In this document: one piece after another, positions 52,651 to 63,442 of the stretch
How positions within the stretch are numbered: position 1 is the stretch's first letter
Layout of the letters: each line of letters starts with the position of its first letter
From: an uncultured Gemmatimonadales bacterium
GTDB taxonomy: Bacteria > Gemmatimonadota > Gemmatimonadetes > Longimicrobiales > Gaopeijiaceae
Assembly (NCBI GenBank): GCA_963823035.1
Contig: CAWGKG010000004.1
Span: 128,001 to 192,000 of the forward strand
Direction: 5' to 3'
DNA length: 64,000 bases
Made by a program: the position numbers and the translations under genes
The notes under the pieces: generated by a model
Seen by the model: only the letters and a program-made list of their open reading frames with translations
Database searches by the model: none
Told to the model about the DNA's origin: nothing

Positions 52651-54191
52651 GTCCCTGCCTCCGTCGCGTGCCCCATCGCCGCGCCGAGCACCGTCTCCTT
52701 GGTGGCGGACGCGCCCGTCAGCTCGGCGGCCACGCGGCCGCGGTGCAGCACGAGGATGCGGTCGCACAGGAGGAGGAGCTCGTCCAGCTCCGAGGTGATG
52801 AGGAGGATCGAGATGCCGCGCGCGACCCAGGCGCGCACCAGGGCGTAGATGTCGGTCTTCGCGCCGATGTCGATGCCGCGGGTGGGCTCGTCGAGGAGGA
52901 GGACCCGCGGCTCCGTGAGGAGGCAGCGGGCGAGGTACACCTTCTGCTGATTGCCGCCGGAGAGCGCGCGCACGGGCGCGTCGGGGGAGGGCGCGCTCAG
53001 CCGGAAGCTCCGCGTGATCTCGGCGGACGCCTCGCGGGCCGCACCGGCCCGGACCCACCCGGCCGGGCCCGTGAAGCGGCCCAGGCTGGCCAGGCACACG
53101 CTGTGCGTCACGCTCATGTCGGGCGCGAGCCCCTTGGCCTTGCGGTCGTTCGTGAGGAGGACGACCCGCTTCGCGATCGCCTCGGCCGGGCCGGAGGGGG
53201 CGTAGGGCCGTCCCTCCAGCGTCACCTTCCCCGACACCGCCCCGTCGGCGGCGCCGAAGAGCGCGTGGAGCACATCGCTCGCGCCCGACCCCTGCAGGCC
53301 GGCGAGCCCGAGCACCTCGCCCTCGTGCAGCGTAAGCGACACGCCGTCGACGAGCCGCACGCCGGGAACGGTCGGGTGGGCCACGGAGAGGTCGCGCACC
53401 TCGAGGACCGGAGCACCCTTCGCCGGCCGCGGCTCCTCGACCGGGCGGGTCTCGAGCGTGCGGCCCACCAGGAGCGCCACCAGGCGATCCGGAGGGAGCT
53501 CCGTGGCGGGTGCCGTCTCGACGCGGTGGCCGTCGCGCAGCACGGTGATCCGGTCCGCGAGGCGGTAGATCTCCTCCATCTTGTGCGTGATGTACACGAT
53601 GCCGCGCCCGGCCCGGCGCAGCGCCTCGATCCGCCCGAAGAGCGTTTCCACCTCCGGCTCGTTGAGCGCGCTGGTCGGCTCGTCGAGGACGAAGAGCGCG
53701 GCCTCCCTCGCCAGCGCCCTGGCGATCTCCAGCATCTGCTGCGTCGCCACCGGCAGCTCCGCCACGAGCTGGCGCACCGAGACGTCGAGCCCGGCCTCTT
53801 CGAGGAGGCGCGTGGCCTCCCGCTCCTGGGCAACGAAATCGACGCGTCCCCAGCGGTCGGTCCGCTCACGGCCGAGGAAGAGGTTGTCCGCCACCGTCAT
53901 GGTGGGCACCAGCGAAAGCTCCTGGTGGATCGTCGCGATCCCCGCGCGCGCCGCGTCCGCCGGTCCGGCGAAGCGACGCGGCGTCCCCCGGAAGACGACC
54001 TCACCGGAGAAGTCGGTGTGGACGCCCGACAGGATGTTCACGAGCGTGCTCTTCCCGGCGCCGTTCTCTCCGGCCAGGACGTGCACCTCGCCGGGGAGGA
54101 CGTCCACGTCCACGCCGTGCAGGACCTCCACGGGCCCGAACGACTTGCGGACGGCCCGGAGGCTCACGACGGCGGGTACGGATGGTGGCAA
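52647..54191 (-). CDS. Sugar ABC transporter ATP-binding protein (RbsA-like, two ABC domains)
   Basis: GENGAGKST, LDEPTSAL, LSGGNQQK, LDEPTRGIDIGAK. Confidence 0.95.
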   Translation of the reverse strand: MPPSVPAVVSLRAVRKSFGPVEVLHGVDVDVLPGEVHVLAGENGAGKSTLVNILSGVHTDFSGEVVFRGTPRRFAGPADAARAGIATIHQELSLVPTMTVADNLFLGRERTDRWGRVDFVAQEREATRLLEEAGLDVSVRQLVAELPVATQQMLEIARALAREAALFVLDEPTSALNEPEVETLFGRIEALRRAGRGIVYITHKMEEIYRLADRITVLRDGHRVETAPATELPPDRLVALLVGRTLETRPVEEPRPAKGAPVLEVRDLSVAHPTVPGVRLVDGVSLTLHEGEVLGLAGLQGSGASDVLHALFGAADGAVSGKVTLEGRPYAPSGPAEAIAKRVVLLTNDRKAKGLAPDMSVTHSVCLASLGRFTGPAGWVRAGAAREASAEITRSFRLSAPSPDAPVRALSGGNQQKVYLARCLLTEPRVLLLDEPTRGIDIGAKTDIYALVRAWVARGISILLITSELDELLLLCDRILVLHRGRVAAELTGASATKETVLGAAMGHATEAGT

Positions 54192-54363
54192 GGCTCGGTC
54201 CTGTGGGGGTGGACGCCGGCGTCACAACGGACAGGGGAGGGGGGCGGTCCGCAAGGTGGCGTCCGGCGGGCCGGGTCGAAGCCTACGCTTGCCGGCCGCC
54301 CGATTCGCCACCACGATCCCCGACCCCGCCGCACGCGACCCGACCCGGGAGAGGAGGATCCGC

Positions 54364-54909
54364 ATGGAGACGATCATCGCCAGGCTGCTCGAGCGCTTCG
54401 AGGAGGGACGCCTCGACCGACGCCAGCTCATCCGCAGCCTCGCGCTCGCCGCGACCGGTGCGCACGCGCTCCGGGGCGCCACGCCGCTCGCGGCGGCCGA
54501 AGCGCCTGCGGCGGCACCCTTCGCGACGGCGAGCCTCGACCACATCTCCTACGCGGTGTCCGACTACGGCCGCAGCCGCGACTTCTACGTCGACCTGATG
54601 GGCTGGAAGGTGCTGGAGGACGACGGCGAGCGGCAGGCGCGCCTCAGCATCGGCGACGTGGGCGACATCATCATCCGCAACAACCGCCGCCCCGCGCCGC
54701 AGGCTCCCGCGGCCGACGGCCGCCCGCCCGTCACCGGCGTCATCAACCACATCGCCTGGCGCCTCGAGGCGTTCGACACCGAAACGGTCCGTGGCGAGCT
54801 GGAGCGGAGGGGGCTGAACCCGCGGCGGGACCAGGGCACGCCCGAGATGGACTACGACAGCTACCACATCCTCGACCCGGACGGGTGGGACCTGCAGATC
54901 AGCCGCTGA
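54364..54909 (+). CDS. VOC/glyoxalase-family protein with Tat-like leader
   Basis: GAGGAGG RBS, LDRRQLIRSL leader, LDHISYAVSD..RDFY, INHIAW, DPDGWDLQI. Confidence 0.85.
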   Translation: METIIARLLERFEEGRLDRRQLIRSLALAATGAHALRGATPLAAAEAPAAAPFATASLDHISYAVSDYGRSRDFYVDLMGWKVLEDDGERQARLSIGDVGDIIIRNNRRPAPQAPAADGRPPVTGVINHIAWRLEAFDTETVRGELERRGLNPRRDQGTPEMDYDSYHILDPDGWDLQISR

Positions 54910-56221
54910 CGCGGGCGGCGCCCCGCCGGCCGAAGCGCCGATAGAGCGCCTCCACGCCGACGGCCAGGCCGACCATGCCCGCCAGGATGCCGAGGCGGGC
55001 GGGGCTGTCGCGCCACGTCTGGCCGACGAGCACGAGAAGGGCGAGGACGCACAGCGCGGAGCCGATCCAGGCGAGGGTGCGGCTCCCGCCGGTCTCGTCC
55101 GCGAGGCGCGCGTCGGCCGCGTTCACCGCCGCGAAGATCAGGAGGAAGCCGGCGGAGCCCATGGTGGACATGCTCGACAGGTCCGCCAGGTTGGCGAGCA
55201 GGAGGGCGCCGCCCGCCGTGATGAAGAGACCCTCCGCGGGGCGGTTCCAGATCTTCCGCTCGAGCTCGACGGGCAACTCTCCGTCCTTGGCGATGATGAA
55301 GCTCAGGCGCGCCGCGCCGTACAGCGTGGCGTTGATCGCCGAGGCGGTGGACAGCACCGCCGCCACCGAGACGAGCACACGGCCCGCGTCGCCCAGAAAC
55401 GGCCGAGCTGCTGCGGCCAGCGCGTAGTCGCGCGCCTCGGCGATCCGGTCGAGCGGAAGCGTACCCACGGTGATCAGGGCTACCAGCACGTAGAGCACGA
55501 GCACGAAGCCGACGGACGTGTAGAAGGCGCGCGGGAGCGTGCGGTCGGGATCCACGACGTCCTCGGCCGCGTTGGCGATGAGCTCGAAGCCCTCGTACGC
55601 GAGGAAGATGATCATCCCGCCCGCGATCAGGCCGAGGGGAGGGGTCCAGGTGGACGGGGCCAGACGCGCGGGGTCGACGCCCCACAGCCCCACGGCGATG
55701 AAGAGGAGGAGGATCGCCACCTTCACACCGACGATCGCGTCCTCGGCCTCGCCGATGAGACGGGCGCTCAGGAGGTTGAGGCCGGTGATGAGGAGCACGA
55801 CGGCGGTCGTGAGCGCGTGCCGCCAGAAGGCCGTGGCCCCGGACGGGATCAGCTCGGCTCCGTACACCCCGAAGGCGTACGCGTACAGCGCCAGCATGAC
55901 GATGTAGGCGATCCAGAGGAGGACGTTGGCGCTCCCGGTGTGCATCCCCGACCCGAAGGCACGGTCGAGGAACGACACGGTGCCGCCCTGGCTGGGGAAG
56001 CGGACGGAGAGGCGCGCATACGAGCGCGCCGTGAGGAGCGCGACGCCGCCGGCGAGCGCGAAGGCCAGGGGCGCACCTCCCCCGGCGAGCTGGACCGAAA
56101 GGCCCAGCACCGCGAAGATGCCCCCGCCGACCATCCCCCCGACCCCGATGGCGGTGGCTCCCCAGAAGCCGATACCGCCCTTGCTCCCGCCGTCCGAGCC
56201 GCGCGCGGTTCCTTCCGCCAC
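54899..56221 (-). CDS. APC-family amino acid permease
   Basis: GVGGMVGGGIFAVLG, SYARLS..PSQGG, FLAYEGFELIANAAEDV. Confidence 0.92.
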   Translation of the reverse strand: MAEGTARGSDGGSKGGIGFWGATAIGVGGMVGGGIFAVLGLSVQLAGGGAPLAFALAGGVALLTARSYARLSVRFPSQGGTVSFLDRAFGSGMHTGSANVLLWIAYIVMLALYAYAFGVYGAELIPSGATAFWRHALTTAVVLLITGLNLLSARLIGEAEDAIVGVKVAILLLFIAVGLWGVDPARLAPSTWTPPLGLIAGGMIIFLAYEGFELIANAAEDVVDPDRTLPRAFYTSVGFVLVLYVLVALITVGTLPLDRIAEARDYALAAAARPFLGDAGRVLVSVAAVLSTASAINATLYGAARLSFIIAKDGELPVELERKIWNRPAEGLFITAGGALLLANLADLSSMSTMGSAGFLLIFAAVNAADARLADETGGSRTLAWIGSALCVLALLVLVGQTWRDSPARLGILAGMVGLAVGVEALYRRFGRRGAARVSG

Positions 56222-56224
56222 CCG

Positions 56225-59200
56225 CTACGACCCGTCGCTGATCAGGGGATTGAGTCCGCGGTCGCGTAGCGTGCGGTTGAACTGCGCCAGATCGCTCTGG
56301 AGCAGCGTACTCAGCCCCTGCTCGGCGTGCTCGAGCATCTGCAGAAGCACCGCGTTCACCTCACCCTGCTGGTCGGTCGGGCGGAAGTCCGCCGTACCGA
56401 CGCCCCCGGCCAGGTGGGAGAGCTTCTCGACGACCTTCGACGGATAGCGTACGCCGTCCTGGCCGGTGCCCGTGGTGCGCAGCTGCGTGAGCTCCTCCTC
56501 CACCCCGATGAAGCGGCCCTCCAGGTCGCGCGCGGCCTGCACCAGGTCGCCCGCGTCCCCCTGGTCGGAGAGGACGGCCACCAGGTCCTGGAGCTGGCGC
56601 CGTACCCACTCGATGCGGTTCACGGCCCGGGCCGCCCGGTCGTGCTCCGCCGCGGAGGCTCTCGAGCAGCTCGGTCTGCGCGCGGATGTCCGCGACCGTG
56701 CCCTCGGAGTTCGGGTCCTTGCGCACCTCCAGGCTCCGCGCGTACGTGCGCCCGCCCACCTCGAGCGTGACCGTGTAGGTGCCCGGGGGCTCGAGGATCG
56801 ACATCCCGTTCGAGATCGTGCGCGTCCGCTCGGGGCCGAGGTCCATCCAGTCGGCGTACATCGGCGTGGTGCGCATCACGATCGCCGCGCTGTTCTCACC
56901 CTCCAGGTCCCACCACACGCGGTTGAGGCCGGCCTCCGAGGTGCCGCGCAGTGTGCGCACCACGCTCCCCGAGGCGTCGGTGACGCGCAGCGTCGCCTCC
57001 TGTCCCGCCGCTTCCGCGCCCATCCAGTAGTTGAGCGACGCGCCGTAGGGCGGGTTGTCCCCGTTCGTCCAGTCGTTGGGCGCCTCGAACGGATCCGTCA
57101 CCTGCTGGAAGCGGTACGCGGCGCGCGGCTCGAAGAGGTACGCCGTGGAGGCGCGCACCTCCGGCGTGAGCTGCTGCAGCGGCGTCACGTCGTCGAGAAT
57201 CCAGAAGCCGCGGCCGTAGGTGGCGATCGCCAGGTCGTTGAAGTGCTCCTGCACCACCAGCCCGTACATCGGCGCCGGTGGGAGGTTGTTGACGAGCGCC
57301 TGCCAGTTCGCGCCGTCGTCGAAGGAGACGTAGACGTGGTTCTCGGTGCCCAGGTAGAGAAGGCCGGGCCGCACCGGGTCCTCCTCGATGTCGCGCGTGA
57401 AGCTGAGGACGTGGTCGGGCAGGCCGGCGGTGATCTTCGTCCAGTGGGCGCCGTAGTCGGTCGTCCTGTAGGCGTAGGGCGCGAAGTCACCCTCCAAGTG
57501 CGCCTCGACGACCAGGTACGCCTTGCCGGCGTCCCATTTCGAGGCGTCGATGCCGCGCACCACGCCGTTCGTCGGCCACTCCGGGAAGTTGGCGGTGACG
57601 TCCGTCCAGTGGGCACCGTCATCGCGGCTCACGTGCACCTTGCCGTCGTTCGAGCCCGCGTAGAACACGCCCTGCTGCGCGGGCGACTCGTCGAAGGCGT
57701 AGATCACGCAGCAGTACTCCACGCCGATGTTGTCCGGCGTCAGCCCGCCGCTGATCCCCATCTTCGTGGTGTCGTTCGTCGTGAGATCGGGGCTGATGAC
57801 GTCCCAGCTCTGGCCGCCGTTCGTCGTCCGATGCACCACCTGGCTGGTCACGTAGAGCGTGTTGTGGTCGTGCGGCGAGACGAGGAGGGGGAACGTCCAC
57901 TGGAAGCGGTACTTCACGTCCTTCGCGGGCACGCCCCCCGTGCTCTCGGGCCACACCTCGACGTTGCGGAACTGGCCGGTGCGCGCGTCCCAGCGCACGA
58001 CGATGCCGCCGCGCGCGCCCGAGCCCGACGCGCTCGACCAGACGATGTCCGGGTCCGTCGGGTCGGGCGTGGCGAAGCCGCTCTCGCCGCCGCCCACCGA
58101 GCGCCAGTCGCCGCGCGGGATGGCGCCGCGCGTGCCGCCGTAGCGCGTGTTGCTCGGTCCGCGCGCCGAGGGACCGTCCTGCCGGTTGCCCATCACGTGG
58201 TAGGGAATCGCGTTGTCCACCGTCACGTGGTACATCTGCCCGATCGGCAGCTGCACGCGGTGCCAGGTCTCCCCGCGGTTCGTGGAGATCGACAGGCCCT
58301 GGTCGTGGACGACGATCTGACGATCCCCGTCCAGCGGGTCGATCCACATGTCGTGGTGGTCGCCGCCGGGGCGCCGCGGTCCCTGCTCGACCTGGTAGGT
58401 GGTGCCGCCGTCCAGCGTGCGCGAGTAGGCCGCGGCCAGGAAGTAGACCTCGTCGGGGTCGTCCGGGCTCACGCGGCACTGGTTGTAGTAGGCGGTGCGG
58501 CCGCCGAGATCGCGGCTGTTGTTGCGCAGCTCCCAGGTTGCGCCCCCGTCCGTCGAGCGCCACAGCTCGCCGGTGTCGGTGGGCTGCCCATGCACGGGCA
58601 CGCCGTCGCCCGTCTCGATCATCGCGTACACCACGCGCGAGTCGGCGCGCGTCATGCACACGTCCACCTTCCCGATGGGCGGCTTCGGGAGGCCGTGGCC
58701 CGAGAGCTTCGTCCACGTGTCCCCGCCATCGCGGGACGCGTAGACGCCCGAGCCCGGGCCGCCGCTCTCCCGCCCCCAGTGGTGCATCTCGACCGTCCAC
58801 ATCCCCGCGAAGAGGACGCGCGGGTTGTTCGGGTCCATCATCAGGCTCGATGCGCCCGTGTTCTCGTCGACGAAGAGCACCTGTTCCCAGGTGGCACCCC
58901 CGTCGCGCGTCCTGTAGATGCCGCGCTCGTGCTGCGGTGCGTGCGCGTGCCCGAGCGCGGCCACGTACACGACGTCCGGGTTCGACGGGTGGATCACGAT
59001 CCGGCTGATGCGCCCGGTCTCCGGCAGCCCCATGTGCGTCCAATTCCCGCCGCCGTCCGTCGACTTGTACACGCCGTCCCCCACGCTGACGTTCGAGCGC
59101 AGGTGCGGCTCGCCCGTACCCGCCCACACGACCTGCGGGTCGGAGGGCGCGACGGCGAGCGCGCCGATCGCCTCCACCTCCTGGTCGTCGAAGAGCGGGC

Positions 59201-59441
59201 GCCAGGAGATGCCCGCGTCGTCGCTCTTCCAGATGCCGCCGGACGCCGCTCCCACGTAGTAGGTGGAGGGATCGCCGGCGACGCCCGCCACCGAGGAGAT
59301 GCGGTTGCCCTGGGGTCCGATGTAGCGGTAGCGGAGCGCGTCGAGCTGGTCCGCGGGGACGGTCTGGGCCTGGGTGCTCGCGGCGAACGCGAGGAGGACT
59401 CCGGCCAGCGCAGCCGGGAGGATGGGGCGACGGGCGGACAT
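56225..59441 (-). CDS. BNR/Asp-box (VPS10/sortilin-like) beta-propeller protein, frameshift ~56650
   Basis: Signal peptide, YRYIGP, repeated KSTDGG/RTRDGGATW/VSFDDGANW Asp boxes, IATYGRGFWILDD; helical tail in ORF 56225..56623. Confidence 0.9.
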
Positions 59442-59592
59442 GGATACGGCTCCTGCTTCCGGGCGCGGAAGGGTCAACGCGATCTATGCGCTCGGGCGCA
59501 CCGGGCGCCCGCGATCGTCCCTGCGGCGATGCTGTGGCAGGCGGTCAATAGGCGGTTGCGGGCGGGTGCCTGCAAGAGCCGCCCGGCGACCG

Positions 59593-60115
59593 TCAGGATC
59601 CCCGATGCAGCTCGGAGTGCGGGGGAGCGCCCGCCCGAAGCGCCTCGACCCGGTCCCGCAGCTCGGCCGCAACCGGACTCGAGCGCCAGGGAAGCAGCCA
59701 TCCCTCACGCCCGCGGGGGATGAAGCGGAGGGTGTCGCCGATCGGGGTCTGCCGCGAAAGGCGCACCTTCACCCATTTGAGCTTCTGCATACGGGTTTCC
59801 GCGACCTCTTCCACGTCCTGCAGCCGCACACGGACCCCACGTCGGGGGTCGTCGACGATGAGCATGTCGCCGTCGAGCCATACGTGGCGAAAACGGCCGA
59901 ACCACCAGTGCTGGGCCGCGGAGCCGAACACGGCCACGCCGAGGATGCCCCAGCGGACGGCCGGCTCGGATGCCTCCGGGCCCAGACAGGCCGAGCCAGG
60001 CACCCACGGTCACCGCGCCGGCGAGGAGGGTGAAGGCCCAGGGAGCGACACGAGCCATGACCACCGTCGACACCGACGTCAGCGGGACGGGGGCCGGAAC
60101 ACGGGTCGGGTTCAA
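59593..60115 (-). CDS. Hypothetical two-TM membrane protein, frameshift ~59980
   Basis: Hydrophobic N-part (59705..60115 frame) continues into WGILGVAVF..VWLDGDMLIV..LRFIP (59593 frame). Confidence 0.55.
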
Positions 60116-60267
60116 GGTCGAGCTCGCTGCTGGGGGCGTGGAAGGCCTTCCCGTCCTACGGGCGGGTGTGCGATCCCCTTCATGGACGCGCCGCCGACCC
60201 CGGCACGCAACCTTTCGGGCGCGACCCTCGTCAGAGTAGACAAGGACCCGGGACAGGAGGTGGACGG

Positions 60268-60789
60268 ATGCGTGGATTGGGGACGGACGTGTTGGCGGTG
60301 GCGTGCATCGTGGGTGGGGCGGCGGTAGGTGGTGGAGCCACGCTGGCTGCGTTGCGGGACGGGGCGCCCCAGCGTTGCGAGACGCAGACGATCGCGATCC
60401 CGCGGGTGGCGGTGCGCGTGGGTGGGGGACGGGACGTGGTGGTCCGGCCCCGGGTCGTACGGGTGGAGCACGGCCACGGATGCGCGACGGTGGTGGTGGG
60501 GGAGGACGTGAACGTGCGCCTCGACGAGGCGCGTGCGCGCGTGGAGGTCGCGAGGATGCGGGTCGAGCGCGCGCGAGAGCAGGTCGACGCCGTCCGGGTG
60601 CGGGCGGACGAGGCCCGCCAGCGCGCGGACGAGATGCGGGCGCGGGCGGATGCGATGCGGCAGGTGATCGAGGAGACGCGCCTGCAGGCCGAGGTCCCGA
60701 CGGACGAGATCCGGGCGAAGGTCCAGCAGGAGCTGTCCCGGATCGAGAAGGAGCTGGCGCGGCTGGACGGGGGCGGGGACGGGCGGTAG
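60268..60789 (+). CDS. Hypothetical membrane-anchored coiled-coil protein
   Basis: AGGAGG RBS, N-terminal hydrophobic helix, heptad-rich RVERAREQ..RADEARQRADEMRARADAMR. Confidence 0.75.
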   Translation: MRGLGTDVLAVACIVGGAAVGGGATLAALRDGAPQRCETQTIAIPRVAVRVGGGRDVVVRPRVVRVEHGHGCATVVVGEDVNVRLDEARARVEVARMRVERAREQVDAVRVRADEARQRADEMRARADAMRQVIEETRLQAEVPTDEIRAKVQQELSRIEKELARLDGGGDGR

Positions 60790-60812
60790 GGGCCGGCAGA
60801 CACGGCTCCTTC

Positions 60813-60850
60813 GGGGCCCCGGGCGGCTGCGACCGCCCGGGGCCCCTTTT
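60813..60850 (+). terminator. Rho-independent terminator between convergent genes
   Basis: GGGGCCCCGGGCGG-ctgcga-CCGCCCGGGGCCCC perfect 14-bp stem followed by TTTT. Confidence 0.85.
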
Positions 60851-60871
60851 CGTTCCTCCGACCCGGACGCG

Positions 60872-63349
60872 TCAGTATTCCGCGCGCAGCGCCTCCGTCG
60901 GATCCACGCTCGCCGCCCGGTGCGCCGGAATCCAGCTCGCCAGGAGCGCGATGAGCGAGAGCACCACGGCCACGCCTCCGAAGGTCAGCGGATCGACGGG
61001 GCTCACGCCGAAGAGGAGCGATGCCATGAGCCGCGTCAGCCCGAGCGCGGCCGCCAGCCCGACCGCGACGCCCACCAGCGCGAGCCCGCCGGCCTGGCGG
61101 AGCACCATGCGCGTGACCATGCCCTTCTCGGCGCCCATGGCCATGCGCACGCCGATCTCGCGCGTGCGCTGCGCCACCACGTACGAGATGACGCCGTAGA
61201 TGCCGACCGCCCCGAGGAAGAGGGCGACGGCGGCCGCGATCGCGAGCATGATGAGCGTGAAGGACGTCTGTGCCGTCGATCCGCTCACGAGCTCGGCGAG
61301 CGTGCGCACGCGGGCCAGGGGGAGGTTCGGGTTCACGCCCCACACCGCCTGTCTCGCCGCCGAGAGGAGGGCGTCCGGATTGCCGCTCGCCGCGCGCACC
61401 GCGTAGGCCATGGACCGCTGCGACATCGGGCCGTCCTCGCCCCAGAAGTTCTCCACGAGCTGGGGCCAGTAGACGACGGTCACCGGATCCCTTCCCATCC
61501 CGTCGTCACGCACGTCCCCGACGACGCCGATGACCTCGTACCACGGGTTGTCGTCGCCGATGCCCGCCTGACGCACACGCTTGCCGATGGCCGCCGCCGG
61601 GTCGTCGAATTCGGCGCGCGCCAGGTTCTCCGAGAGCAAGACCACCTTGGCGCGGTCGCTCACCTCCTGCCAGGTGAGGTCGCGCCCCGCGAGCAGGCGG
61701 TTGCCCATCGTGGCGAAGTAGCCGGGGCCGATCCACTTGTAGCGCCGGATCGGAGGAAGCTGGCCGGGCTCGGCCGGATGGTCCTCGCTCTCCAGCGGGT
61801 CGCTGCTGTCCCACCCGTCCATCGTCACGGAAGAGCTGATCGCCGCGGACGCGACGCCCGGGATGGCCTGCACGCGGCGCAGGATCTCCTGGTGGGTCTG
61901 GGCGACCACCACCGGGTCTTCGACCTCGGCCTCGGGGATGCTCACGCGGAAGGTGAGCACCTGGTCCGGATCGGTGAAGCCGGGGTCCACCGCGCGCAGC
62001 GCCTGGAAGCTCCGGATCATGAGCCCGGAGCCCGCGAGGAGCACGAGGGCCAGCGCCATCTGCGCCACCACCAATCCGTTGCGCGCCAGGTGCCGCTCCC
62101 GCCCGGCGCTGCCGCCTCGCCCGCCCTCCTTGAGCGCCGCGACCAGCTTGGGCGAGCCGTAGCGAAGGGCGGGGAAGAGGCCGAAGAGGACGCCGGCCAA
62201 CACGGACACCGCGAAGGTGAAGCCGAGCACGGGGAGGTCGATGCCGATCTCGCTCAGGCGGGGCAGGCTCTCCGGACCGAGCGCGACCAGGAGCTTCAGC
62301 CCGACCCAGGCGAGCGCGAGCCCCAGGGCGCCGCCCACGACGCCGAGCACCACGCTCTCCAGGAGGAGCTGGGCCGTGACCTGACCCCGTCCCGCCCCCA
62401 TCGCGGTGCGCACAGCCAGCTCCCGCTGCCTCCCCTCGGCACGCACGATGAAGAGGTTGGCCACGTTGGCGCACGCGATGAGCAGCACGATGGCCACCGT
62501 GCCGAGGAGCACCCACAGCACGTTGCCGACGTTGCCCACCACGTCCTGCTTGAGCGGCCGCACCGCCGCCGCGAAGTGCGCCTGGTCGAGCATGGTCTGC
62601 GTGATGCCGCCGGGGAAGCGCTCCACGGCCATCGGCACCATCCGCTCGATGTCCGCGTCGGCCGACTCGATCGTGGCGTCCGGCCGCAGCTTCCCGATGG
62701 CCTGGTAGCTGAAGTTGCCGACGAACACGTGCGCGCGGTCGAAGCGGAGGGGGAGGTAGAGGTCCGGCTCGAAGGCCAGGAAGTGGAAGGCCTCCGGGAG
62801 CACGCCGATGATCTCGCGCGCGCGGCCGTTCACGGTGAGCGTGCGTCCGATCACGGAGGGATCGGCGCCGAAGCGACGGCGCCAGTACCCGTGGCCGAGG
62901 ACGACGGTCTCCGGCGTGTCGGGAGTGTCGTCCTCCGCGGTGAAGGTGCGCCCGATCGCGGGCTCGACGCCGAGCATCGGCAGCGTCTGGTAGGTGACCG
63001 ACATGACGTCCACCTGCTCCGGCTCGGCGAGGCCGGTGACCGACGCCTGTCCGTTGTCCCACATCCCCACGCTCTCGAACGTCCGGCTCTCCTCCGCGTA
63101 CGTGAAGTGCAGGGCGGGGGACTGGTTCACCTCGTCGAAGCCCAGGCCGGGCGCGGTGTGCCAGATCCCGACCAGCCTGTCCGCGTCCTTGAAGGGCAGG
63201 GGCCGGAGGAGGACGCCGTCCACCACGCTGAAGATGGCGGCGTTGCTCCCGATGCCGACCGCGAGGGTCAGGACGGCCACCGCGCTGAAAAGCGGGGCAC
63301 GCAGGAGCTTGCGAACGGTGTAGCGGAGTTGCTGGGCGAACTGGTCCAC
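60872..63349 (-). CDS. ADOP-type duplicated MacB/FtsX ABC permease
   Basis: Intact 825 aa; LTLAVGIGSNAAIFSVV, VLLIACANVANL, GIYGVISYVVAQRTREIGVRMAMGA, VDPTEALRAE. Confidence 0.93.
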   Translation of the reverse strand: MDQFAQQLRYTVRKLLRAPLFSAVAVLTLAVGIGSNAAIFSVVDGVLLRPLPFKDADRLVGIWHTAPGLGFDEVNQSPALHFTYAEESRTFESVGMWDNGQASVTGLAEPEQVDVMSVTYQTLPMLGVEPAIGRTFTAEDDTPDTPETVVLGHGYWRRRFGADPSVIGRTLTVNGRAREIIGVLPEAFHFLAFEPDLYLPLRFDRAHVFVGNFSYQAIGKLRPDATIESADADIERMVPMAVERFPGGITQTMLDQAHFAAAVRPLKQDVVGNVGNVLWVLLGTVAIVLLIACANVANLFIVRAEGRQRELAVRTAMGAGRGQVTAQLLLESVVLGVVGGALGLALAWVGLKLLVALGPESLPRLSEIGIDLPVLGFTFAVSVLAGVLFGLFPALRYGSPKLVAALKEGGRGGSAGRERHLARNGLVVAQMALALVLLAGSGLMIRSFQALRAVDPGFTDPDQVLTFRVSIPEAEVEDPVVVAQTHQEILRRVQAIPGVASAAISSSVTMDGWDSSDPLESEDHPAEPGQLPPIRRYKWIGPGYFATMGNRLLAGRDLTWQEVSDRAKVVLLSENLARAEFDDPAAAIGKRVRQAGIGDDNPWYEVIGVVGDVRDDGMGRDPVTVVYWPQLVENFWGEDGPMSQRSMAYAVRAASGNPDALLSAARQAVWGVNPNLPLARVRTLAELVSGSTAQTSFTLIMLAIAAAVALFLGAVGIYGVISYVVAQRTREIGVRMAMGAEKGMVTRMVLRQAGGLALVGVAVGLAAALGLTRLMASLLFGVSPVDPLTFGGVAVVLSLIALLASWIPAHRAASVDPTEALRAEY

Positions 63350-63442
63350 GGATCCCCTCCCCTTCGGTCACGTCGCTCGACGCGAGGCCCTACGCGGGGT
63401 CCGGAGGCGTGGTTTCGCGGCCGTCGGGCGGCCGCTACGACC

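Noticed and set aside
56466..59723. 1085-aa plus-strand ORF (and similar long ORFs at 8628..10949, 27538..29961, 52668..54944)
   Set aside because: Antisense shadows of real genes, expected at high GC; no recognisable motifs
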